Source of the DNA: a virus
Length of the DNA: 64,000 nt
IMG/VR virus record: IMGVR_UViG_3300026488_000011
Location: 121,492-185,491 of that record
Reading direction: 5' to 3' (one strand)
Position 1 is the first letter of the stretch. Each line of letters opens with the position of its first letter. The notes below the pieces were generated by a model. It saw nothing but the letters and a program-made list of their open reading frames with translations. It was not told where the DNA came from and searched no databases. A program made the translations under genes and the position numbers. Of the stretch, positions 56,450 to 64,000 are shown in pieces.

Positions 56450-58561
56450 TTAAACAGTTTTCATTTGTACTGGAACTTTTCCAAGCACTGCATCGATATT
56501 TGTGATGTTGAATACACCTATTACTGGTAGGTTAGGTACATGTCTATATCTTGGCATAGTTGTAAGTTCAGTTCTTGTTGCACCGTTTACAGTTTTAAGA
56601 ACGTTAATTACTAACTCTGGGCTCCAGAAGCATTGACCGAAGTTTAATGGATTTGGTTCTTTATTTCTTGCATCGTCAAATACACCGAATGAGAATACTA
56701 CTTTACCTCTGATTAGTGGGTTAGCAGATGTTCTAATTTCATAGTTGAATTGTGCATCGTTTGCAATTCCACCATCTTCTAGTAAGAATTGACCAATTAC
56801 TGGATCTGTACCAATAATAATTGTAGGTTTAAGATCTGGTCTAAGTGTGCTTAATGCAATTCCATAGTTAGATTCTAGGAATGCTCTAGTAGCTGCATTT
56901 TTGATTTTTAATACAAGAGCTTTTCTAATGTCTTCATCTCTAGTATTGCTGTTAATAGAATCTACTAGTTGAGTTAAGTCTAATGTTTGTTCATCGAACC
57001 ATTTATTAACTAGTTTATCAGAAACACCAGTCATTTTCACGTCGATTGTTTTAGCTGTTCTTAGGTAATCGATAAGACCAGTTAATACTTTAAATCCGCT
57101 CATGTTCATTTTCGCTCTAGTAGCGTTGATTTGTGTATTTAAATATGTTGCGTCACCATCGTCACCATTTATTACTACTGGCAATTGTACAGTAATACCA
57201 GTTCTATAAGGTACTGTAAATACTTCTGTGTAAACATCAGCTGTTACCAATAGACCTCTCATTCTTGCGTTTGTGTTTGTTAGGTAAGCTTCTACTTCAA
57301 AACCTTCCGCTTTAAGAGTTTTGAACACATCTTCAAATTGTCCGTAAACTTCAGTTGTAGGATCTACAATGTTTCCTGCTGCATCAATAACTTGTACTAA
57401 TCTGAATTCGTTTACGTATACTGAAATGTCTCCGTATTGAGTGTTTCCACTACCGCTCATTACTAGTTTAAGTTTAGCTGTATAACCTTCTGGTAATCCA
57501 CCTAAGATTTGTGAATCAGCACCAGTAGCTGTTTTAGTCTCACCAGCGATCATTGCAAGATCTTCACTACTAAATGTAAGGATTAAATCTTTGCTATGGT
57601 CTCTTGTGCTGTATGTAAAGAATGCTGGTAATTGACTTAGATCATGTTTGAAGTATTCTGTAACTTCATTACCTTCACTATCTTTACCAGTTAGGCTGCT
57701 GTAAAGTGCAGTGATTTTCACATTAGCATCAAGTGCATCAGTTTCATCCATAGTTCCTCTAGCTAACATGCTATCAGTTTGAGAAATACCTAATAGGTTT
57801 ACTTCTTGACCAACTTTAAGAGGTGCTGTAGTTACGCTCTCACCATTATAGTTAACTACTGTTCTAAGTGCATCTACAAATTTGTCTGCTGATTGAGTTC
57901 TATAAACAGGAACTAATCTGTTTTTATCCACATCAATTTTCTCAGGATCATTTACAATTTTAACCAATGGTGTTTTATCAAACATAGTTTTGTTTACTGC
58001 ACCATCAATACTTCTTGTAACCTCTTTGATTACGCTGTCAATAACTGCTGTTACAGTAGCACCTGCTGATTTAGGGTCTACAGGAATGATTGGGAAGAAT
58101 AGTTCTACTACAGGGTCTTGTTGCATTACCATTGTGTTATATAGTACTGTGAAGAATACTGATGGTTTTACATTCTGACCATCGAATGCTTCAAAACCTG
58201 CACTAATATCATCTCCATCGAAAATTGTAGCATCAATTACTACAGCTTCGTTACCTACTTCTGGTAGGCTTCTGTTCTTAACGATTGTTTTAATTACTTC
58301 AGGTGTAGCTGTTGCGTATAGAGCTGCTTTTTTAGCTGCTTCTGCTACGTGTTCAGGAATTTTACCACCTTCAAGTTCGATTGTTTCAAAAGCTGCTTCA
58401 ATAGCGCTTTCTACAGTCGATGCTGATTCTCTAGCTGCTTCTGCAGTAACTGCATCAACGCCTTCAAATCCAGTTAAAGCTAATGCTGCATTTTTATTAG
58501 CTGATCCAGCCACAGCATCAAGTTCTCTCTTTAATACTTCTCCAAGTTTTCTAATGTTCAT
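56450..58561 (-). CDS. Major capsid protein (phiKZ gp120-like)
   Basis: 703 aa; Ala/Glu-rich propeptide with GFE|AFD, Q...VELFFP.I, N.R.RG, LNFG...W.PE.V, PRY.H..NLPV; synteny with DnaB and the RNAP subunit. Confidence 0.85.
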   Translation of the reverse strand: MNIRKLGEVLKRELDAVAGSANKNAALALTGFEGVDAVTAEAARESASTVESAIEAAFETIELEGGKIPEHVAEAAKKAALYATATPEVIKTIVKNRSLPEVGNEAVVIDATIFDGDDISAGFEAFDGQNVKPSVFFTVLYNTMVMQQDPVVELFFPIIPVDPKSAGATVTAVIDSVIKEVTRSIDGAVNKTMFDKTPLVKIVNDPEKIDVDKNRLVPVYRTQSADKFVDALRTVVNYNGESVTTAPLKVGQEVNLLGISQTDSMLARGTMDETDALDANVKITALYSSLTGKDSEGNEVTEYFKHDLSQLPAFFTYSTRDHSKDLILTFSSEDLAMIAGETKTATGADSQILGGLPEGYTAKLKLVMSGSGNTQYGDISVYVNEFRLVQVIDAAGNIVDPTTEVYGQFEDVFKTLKAEGFEVEAYLTNTNARMRGLLVTADVYTEVFTVPYRTGITVQLPVVINGDDGDATYLNTQINATRAKMNMSGFKVLTGLIDYLRTAKTIDVKMTGVSDKLVNKWFDEQTLDLTQLVDSINSNTRDEDIRKALVLKIKNAATRAFLESNYGIALSTLRPDLKPTIIIGTDPVIGQFLLEDGGIANDAQFNYEIRTSANPLIRGKVVFSFGVFDDARNKEPNPLNFGQCFWSPELVINVLKTVNGATRTELTTMPRYRHVPNLPVIGVFNITNIDAVLGKVPVQMKTV

Positions 58562-58619
58562 TTGTTCTCCTTATATAGATTTGGATATCATAAAATAGCT
58601 ACAATAGCATACATGTATA

Positions 58620-59195
58620 CTACCTATTCATAGCGAGATAGGCATTGAATTGTCTTAACAGTAAGTATCTGTATAGTTCATTATCTCTTACGGTCGGTAA
58701 GAGCCTGTTCAGTATTTGTTCTAGTAACTCACCGTAAATAGTATCTGGAATATCTCCATTACTAGATAATAATGTCATAGTATATTTATCGACTACTACG
58801 TATTTGCTATTCATGTGTTCTATCACTTCCACATCTAATGGAAGTACTTCTCGTAACGCTTCAGTTAAAGAAGGTAAAACTACCTGAAAATCATCCACAT
58901 TCCCCAGGAAGTTATTCATGAATTTTCTGTCTAAAATTAAGCCACTCAAGTCTCTTCTTAAATAAAAGAGCGAATTAAACGTAGCAATCAATCCTAATTC
59001 TGTCGGAGTTAACATAGATAGAGCTCTCGCTAAACTTCCGCTGTCGATAACACTATAGGTACTATCTTTATGCAAAATATAATTAGCGTGTTTAGAAAAC
59101 AGATCTAAAACTTCTGTATTATTTTTTAAATCTTCCGGTATGAAAAGTATCGGAATAGGTGATTTCTTAACACCATGTTGTACTGTGTATTTCAT
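58620..59195 (-). CDS. Conserved protein between DnaB and the MCP (phiKZ gp119 position)
   Basis: PILFIPED motif; synteny. Confidence 0.6.
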   Translation of the reverse strand: MKYTVQHGVKKSPIPILFIPEDLKNNTEVLDLFSKHANYILHKDSTYSVIDSGSLARALSMLTPTELGLIATFNSLFYLRRDLSGLILDRKFMNNFLGNVDDFQVVLPSLTEALREVLPLDVEVIEHMNSKYVVVDKYTMTLLSSNGDIPDTIYGELLEQILNRLLPTVRDNELYRYLLLRQFNAYLAMNR

Positions 59196-59262
59196 TTCTT
59201 ATCCTTCATACTTTTATAGATAGGCATGTTTTGAATCATTTAAAGCTAAGCAAAGGAGAATC

Positions 59263-60738
59263 ATGAACGCAATAGAAGCATTAGTAAAGACCATACTACT
59301 TTTAGCTACAGAGAAAAAACTATACAATGGACTAAAATCTGAGTATATTGGACGTGAAATAATTAAACACATTATGTTAAATAAAGGTAAGTATTTTAAC
59401 GGCGACGCAGAATTATTGAACAATCTGTTAAATATCTTAAATAATATTCTAGAGGAAGGAATAGAAGATCCGAGTAGTTTAGCAAGCAGTTTAGCTACAG
59501 CGTTAATAGATAGACCGACTCTTTCTACGTTAGTATTACAGGAGATAAGTAACAAGGTAGATGCCACTGCCTATAGAGTAAAAAAGAATGAGTTAATAAA
59601 CTTTCTAGCTATGTTACAAGTTAAAGACATCCTGGACGGTACCAGAAGGAAATTAAAAGGCAACGTGAACGTCAAAAAACTAGTAAGTGAATTAGTAGAG
59701 AAGATACATGAAATAGTAGACTTTGAAGAGATACAGGACGATAGCATAATATCTGAAGTAGATTTTGATAACGACGATAAGCTCCATAAAGCAGTAGAAG
59801 ACTCAGCAGCATTATTAGAATCAAATACGGTATTCAGCACGGGATGGAGCTGTATAAATGAAATGTTACAAGGAGGATTACGTAAAGGAGAATTTGTATT
59901 AATCTCGGCATTACCGCATAATTATAAGTCTGGATTTACGAAATCATTATTCTTGCAAATAGCTAGATTAAATAAACCTCAACTAGAAGACAAAGATAAA
60001 AAACCACTGATGATATTTTTCAGTTTTGAAGAAGATATGAATGTAGTACTCATGTTCTTCTATAGTTATTTTAAATTTCTAAAAGAAGGTGTAGCAGTAG
60101 ACCCATCAAAGGACAAAATAGACAGGGACGAAATGAAAAACGTGCTTAAGAAATATATGAAAGAAGAATCAAATTTTGATTTAAAAATATTGCGAATGGA
60201 CCCGTCTAAAACAACATACATGAAAATGGTAGACATAATAGATAAGTACAATAAGAATGGTTACGAAGTTCAAGCAGTATTTGCAGATTACTTATCCCAA
60301 ATAAGTACAGAAGGCTGTGTGCAAAAAGGACCTGCAGGTACAGAGTATAAAGATTTGTTTAAGAGAATGAGAAACGAAATGACAAAAAGAAAAATACTAT
60401 TTGTAACACCACACCAGATTTCTACAGAGGCTAAAAGATTAATTAAGAATGGTATTCCTGCTATTGAGTTTGTTAAACATTTACCTGGTAAAGGTTATTA
60501 CGCACATAGTAGTCAATTAGATCAAGAAGTAGATTTAGAGATATTTCTACATAAGGCTACTGTAAATAGAAAACCAGTGTTAACGGTACAAAGAGGTAAA
60601 CATAGGATACCTACTATAGTAGACGAAGACAAATTATTCACCATGTTACAATTCCCTAAGAAAGCACCAATACCAGAAGACTGCGAGCATTTTAAACCTT
60701 GTCAGAACACTAATCTAGATGAAGACTTCGGATTTTAA
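59263..60738 (+). CDS. dnaB: DnaB-like replicative helicase (phiKZ gp118-like)
   Basis: TGWSCINEMLQGGLRKGE, variant Walker A ALPHNYKS, ADYL, FVTPHQIS, QEVDLEI...VQRGKHR. Confidence 0.85.
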   Translation: MNAIEALVKTILLLATEKKLYNGLKSEYIGREIIKHIMLNKGKYFNGDAELLNNLLNILNNILEEGIEDPSSLASSLATALIDRPTLSTLVLQEISNKVDATAYRVKKNELINFLAMLQVKDILDGTRRKLKGNVNVKKLVSELVEKIHEIVDFEEIQDDSIISEVDFDNDDKLHKAVEDSAALLESNTVFSTGWSCINEMLQGGLRKGEFVLISALPHNYKSGFTKSLFLQIARLNKPQLEDKDKKPLMIFFSFEEDMNVVLMFFYSYFKFLKEGVAVDPSKDKIDRDEMKNVLKKYMKEESNFDLKILRMDPSKTTYMKMVDIIDKYNKNGYEVQAVFADYLSQISTEGCVQKGPAGTEYKDLFKRMRNEMTKRKILFVTPHQISTEAKRLIKNGIPAIEFVKHLPGKGYYAHSSQLDQEVDLEIFLHKATVNRKPVLTVQRGKHRIPTIVDEDKLFTMLQFPKKAPIPEDCEHFKPCQNTNLDEDFGF

Positions 60739-60750
60739 TAAAAAAGAAAA

Positions 60751-60778
60751 GAGAGTTAGGCAATTTCACCTAACTCTC
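60751..60778. terminator. Hairpin between convergent genes
   Basis: GAGAGTTAGG-CAATTTCA-CCTAACTCTC; contains the stop at 60756. Confidence 0.7.
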
Positions 60779-61262
60779 TCAATAACTTTCTCTTTCTTCT
60801 TCTATAAATTGTGTATAATCTCAACATTAGTTCCATGAACTCAATGTTGAGACATATTTCAGGATCGCCTCCGTCTGTTGACGATCCTAAGAGAGACGCT
60901 AGTAGTCTCACATCTCTTTCATAGACGAAATTGTCTATGTTTACTACCCATTGAAGTTTTTCTAGCAGAGTTTCTTTTAGATGGGTATTGAGATTTTCTA
61001 TAATTTTGTATATAACGACGAAATCGCGCTCACTGTCTAAAATTATTTCTTCGAACCATTGCAGGGGTACGAAGAAAAACACGTTATCAGCATGGTTTGT
61101 AACTACTGCCTCAAACACTTCATTGGGCAGTAGTTCCTTGAAAAAGGGTAATCTATTGTCGTGGTAACCTGGCTTACCTTTGCCAGGCCCAAGCATAAAC
61201 GTAGTGAACCCGTTTTCTCTTTTAAGAACGGTTATGTTCTTTAAATTTCTAAAATTACTCAT
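60756..61262 (-). CDS. Hypothetical protein
   Basis: 168-aa ORF with AGGAG RBS and an upstream ATATAACTTAT motif. Confidence 0.6.
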   Translation of the reverse strand: MSNFRNLKNITVLKRENGFTTFMLGPGKGKPGYHDNRLPFFKELLPNEVFEAVVTNHADNVFFFVPLQWFEEIILDSERDFVVIYKIIENLNTHLKETLLEKLQWVVNIDNFVYERDVRLLASLLGSSTDGGDPEICLNIEFMELMLRLYTIYRRRKRKLLRELGEIA

Positions 61263-61326
61263 TTCTACTCCTTTTTTGGTTTTGCTTTGTCTTATAAGTT
61301 ATATGTTAGTAAGAAATAATGGAAGT

Positions 61327-61355
61327 CATTCATCAGGAATAGATCCTGATGAATG
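61327..61355 (-). terminator. Hairpin immediately after a stop codon
   Basis: CATTCATCAGGA-ATAGA-TCCTGATGAATG. Confidence 0.7.
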
Positions 61356-62093
61356 TTAAAAGTTGAGTATGATGTTTTCAGTAGTTTTAGGTAAATTACA
61401 TTTTATACAATCTATCACGCATTTACCATCTTCACAATTTCCTTCAAAACCAGATACTAGTTTTTCCGCAGATGCTGGATCAAGATCTACAGTAAGATCA
61501 ATGTCTTCCACGCCAGCAGCATTCCACTGTGAAGCATTCGCTATGCCGCCTTCATAGACATAATCCCACGTAGAGATAAGAATAAATGTCCTGATTATTA
61601 TATTACCTACACGTCTTTGGTTTACTAAAGATCTTATAGAGAAATATACATTTTCATCAGGATTTTCTAACGCCTCCTGTAGGATTTCTTTATGAGGTCC
61701 TTCTGGCTTTACCCAGCCATAGATTCTATATACAGGATATTTAAAACCAGGTTCTACTTTACCTAGATTTTTAATCTCAATAGCTTTGATATGTGCTATT
61801 TTGTTTTCAGGTCTTAGTTTAATTACTTCCCTAGATAGTTCAGCTCTGTCTTTAATATTAGAGACATCAGGATGTCCGTTCTCGGCTATCAAGATTCCAT
61901 TCTCTATTCTTCTATGTACTAGCGTACCGGGTCCTAAAACTTTCACAGGATCAGGTACTTCATAGTAGATTCCAGATCTGTTAAATGTATTAAACTCTCC
62001 TAGCACTACTTTATAGTATCCGTTCTCATCTTTTATAATAGGCTGTTTAATCCCTTTTTTATCTTTTTTACTTTCCAGCTTTAAGACTGTCAT
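61356..62093 (-). CDS. Prohead protease (phiKZ gp175-like)
   Basis: DENGYY.V.LG.FN, ENGHP (His), FSIRS (Ser), TWDYVYEGG (Asp); C-terminal GVE/GFE self-cleavage motifs. Confidence 0.85.
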   Translation of the reverse strand: MTVLKLESKKDKKGIKQPIIKDENGYYKVVLGEFNTFNRSGIYYEVPDPVKVLGPGTLVHRRIENGILIAENGHPDVSNIKDRAELSREVIKLRPENKIAHIKAIEIKNLGKVEPGFKYPVYRIYGWVKPEGPHKEILQEALENPDENVYFSIRSLVNQRRVGNIIIRTFILISTWDYVYEGGIANASQWNAAGVEDIDLTVDLDPASAEKLVSGFEGNCEDGKCVIDCIKCNLPKTTENIILNF

Positions 62094-62141
62094 AACTTCT
62101 CCTTAATTTCACCAATTCTATAATCAACAAAAGAAAACACA

Positions 62142-62164
62142 TGAGAGAGTACTTTACTCTCTCA
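62142..62164 (-). terminator. Hairpin with a stop codon at the loop edge
   Basis: TGAGAGAGTA-CTT-TACTCTCTCA. Confidence 0.7.
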
Positions 62165-62888
62165 CTACGTGTTCTAAGTCTGAAATTTCTTTTTCTGGAT
62201 CTAATATAGCAGATACTATACCTAGCTCCATATATGCTCCAGCTACTTTAGATAGCGTAGAGTTAAAAGAATAGAAAATATTCTCTAGTCCTACCCAAGC
62301 CAGTGATTCCGGAATTTCTTTCCCCGCTTCATTTACATAGTTTCTGTATTGTATTTTTTTATTATCCTTATACCTAGCAATAATAGAAGTGAGTAATTCA
62401 AACGTCATTCTGTTATTTGCTGCTTTTGTACCGGTATATTTTTTCATCTTAGCAAACACATCTACTGGATCTCTATAATTCAAATACCAAGGCATTTTTC
62501 CTTTAATAAGTAATGTGTCAAATATATCAAACATAAAATCTACTTCTTTCACCACTCTAGCATCTGAGATAAGATCAGTATTTGCTTCAAACTCTAACAT
62601 CACATATTCAGTGTCATCTATTAAGACTTTTTCTATCTCCATAGGCATCATTTGTAATCTACCTGGTATTTTTAATACTGTATATTTTTCTGTATCAGGA
62701 TCCACTATTGCTATAATGCCTAGGACATATGATTCTACGCCTAAGTCTGTCAATCCTTTGTCAACAAACTTTTGAGGAAATAGGACTATTAAATCTTTCT
62801 TGGTAACTACCTTGTTATCAGATTGTTTTAGTATAGTCTTAAAATATTCAGGATCACGTTTAAATCCTGAGATGTCTATGCTAATCAT
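62154..62888 (-). CDS. Conserved phiKZ-type virion structural protein upstream of the protease
   Basis: KRDP......L, FP..F....L, G.MPWY..Y, SKVAGAY...G motifs; family call from recall. Confidence 0.6.
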   Translation of the reverse strand: MISIDISGFKRDPEYFKTILKQSDNKVVTKKDLIVLFPQKFVDKGLTDLGVESYVLGIIAIVDPDTEKYTVLKIPGRLQMMPMEIEKVLIDDTEYVMLEFEANTDLISDARVVKEVDFMFDIFDTLLIKGKMPWYLNYRDPVDVFAKMKKYTGTKAANNRMTFELLTSIIARYKDNKKIQYRNYVNEAGKEIPESLAWVGLENIFYSFNSTLSKVAGAYMELGIVSAILDPEKEISDLEHVVRE

Positions 62889-62896
62889 ACTGACTC

Positions 62897-63820
62897 CTAG
62901 CTTTCAGCTGTGTTTTCTATATCGTTATATGTAGTTTGCTGCACTGTTACTGGATAATATTTAGGGCCTAATTTAGTTCCATCATCAAGTTCAGCAATAA
63001 GTTCTAATATATAAGTCCTTAGCGGGTTTGTAAAGTTTTTGTTATCTATTATAAACGTAGTCGTATCTGTGCTATCATTAGCCAATAAACTAATAGTATT
63101 TAACCCAGCTGCATAAAATCTCCATTCTAGTGTCTTAAGATTCTCAATAGGCGATAGTTTCACTACTAAATCCTCATCTCCCGGTATATCTGTTAGATTA
63201 GATAATACTTCAATCTCTGGAATCTTAGGCACTGTAAACGTAAGTATTCCTAGAGGCGATACATCATTACTGCTAGCTACATGAGATACTTTTATAAAGT
63301 AAGTTTCTCCTTCTTTTAAAATTGGATAACTCACAAATATATCTGTAAGATTCTCACCATCATTTAACGAACTCCATACTACGTTATTATTGCTATCTTC
63401 AATAATCCAATTAGTGACAATATGTTTTACATTGGTAGATGCGTTTAATGGTGTAGTACTGATCGTAAATAGACCTCCTGGAACATTATTAGGATCAAAA
63501 TTTAATTTTATCTCAGGTGTAGCTAATAGAGTAGGTAAATCCAGAGTAACTTTTATAGGATCCAAATCCTCAAACTTCACTATGTCTACATTAGACCATT
63601 CTGATAGACCTTTATTAAATACAACCCTGGCTCTAGCATAGTAACTCTTACTATAATCCAAATCACTATCGTCGAATATCTTAACTAACTTGTTTTTAGT
63701 GTCTCCCAGCGATTCCTTTACAATGTTTTTAAAGTCGGGATCTTCTGCTACCTGCCAGTCTGTTGCGTCATGAGTCCAACCAGGACTTAGTACAGGTGGG
63801 GTTATAAATAATGCTAACAT
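62897..63820 (-). CDS. Virion protein with tandem H-x-x-T-x-W (FN3-like) modules
   Basis: HDATDWQVAEDPDF...YYARAR...SEWS; HIVTNWII...GETYFIKVSH. Confidence 0.65.
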   Translation of the reverse strand: MLALFITPPVLSPGWTHDATDWQVAEDPDFKNIVKESLGDTKNKLVKIFDDSDLDYSKSYYARARVVFNKGLSEWSNVDIVKFEDLDPIKVTLDLPTLLATPEIKLNFDPNNVPGGLFTISTTPLNASTNVKHIVTNWIIEDSNNNVVWSSLNDGENLTDIFVSYPILKEGETYFIKVSHVASSNDVSPLGILTFTVPKIPEIEVLSNLTDIPGDEDLVVKLSPIENLKTLEWRFYAAGLNTISLLANDSTDTTTFIIDNKNFTNPLRTYILELIAELDDGTKLGPKYYPVTVQQTTYNDIENTAES

Positions 63821-63884
63821 ATTTTCTCCTTATTATACTGTATTATTCATGGGAAGTTCAAAAGAGAGTAAAGAAAAAAAAAAG

Positions 63885-63908
63885 ATCAGGAGACTCAATC
63901 CTCCTGAT
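63885..63908 (-). terminator. Intrinsic terminator with a stop codon in the loop
   Basis: ATCAGGAG-ACTCAATC-CTCCTGAT, followed by a long U-run on the minus strand. Confidence 0.75.
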
Positions 63909-63999
63909 AAAAGATTATATAGTCTAAATTATCGGGATCTCCATCTAATCCCATATCTTTCCACATCCTTAGTAATGTTTCCTTATCAATGTCGTCTAC
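63895..63999 (-). CDS. C-terminal end of a gene starting beyond the window
   Basis: Open frame VDDIDKETLLRMWKDMGLDGDPDNLDYIIFYQED*. Confidence 0.5.
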   Translation of the reverse strand, partial: VDDIDKETLLRMWKDMGLDGDPDNLDYIIFYQED

Positions 64000-64000
64000 A

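Noticed and set aside
357-63641. Numerous antisense or overlapping ORFs in the track (e.g. 357..749, 1726..2277, 5784..6158, 9903..10289, 39053..39397, 42013..42474)
   Set aside because: They lie opposite well-supported genes, are S/F/L/I-rich mirror translations of K/E-rich proteins, and lack RBSs.
1-64000. CRISPR array, tRNA, rRNA or group I/II intron
   Set aside because: Intergenic gaps are short (about 130 bp or less) and show no spaced direct repeats or cloverleaf. The polymerase, RNAP and nrd genes are uninterrupted.
1-64000. Alternative genetic code (stop-codon recoding, as in some jumbo phages)
   Set aside because: Long conserved genes are intact and tile the window under the standard code; TAA, TAG and TGA all end genes at sensible positions.
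1-64000. Claim that the phage forms a nucleus
   Set aside because: No chimallin or PhuZ gene is visible in this window. It is only suggested by phiKZ-type relatedness and terminator placement.

Overview
AT-rich, densely coded 64 kb segment of a phiKZ-like (Chimalliviridae-type) jumbo myophage, read with the standard genetic code. Core phiKZ-type genes recognised from sequence motifs and synteny: major capsid protein, gp175-type prohead protease, DnaB-like helicase, one virion-type and one non-virion-type split RNA polymerase subunit, the exonuclease/motif-A half of a split family-B DNA polymerase, SbcC, RNase H1, a RuvC-like resolvase and a central spike. NrdA and NrdB are of the Campylobacterota type, which points to a Campylobacterota host. 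A ~23 kb co-oriented adsorption cluster (20329-43093) holds at least five receptor-binding cassettes; four are headed by a shared N-terminal 'LPW..I.EN.IN.S' module. Most notable observations: (1) an in-frame T TTT TTT slippery site predicting a -1 frameshift that fuses a 474-aa baseplate/tail-chaperone-like ORF to a downstream ORF lacking a ribosome-binding site; (2) 25 long hairpins, 20 of them overlapping a stop codon and four of them loop-less perfect palindromes, consistent with transcription uncoupled from translation; (3) a RimK-like ATP-grasp gene overlapping the DNA polymerase gene; (4) a ThyX with a degenerate catalytic motif. No tRNA, rRNA, CRISPR array, intron, intein, reverse transcriptase or invertase was seen. 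All family calls come from recalled motifs; no database searches were run.
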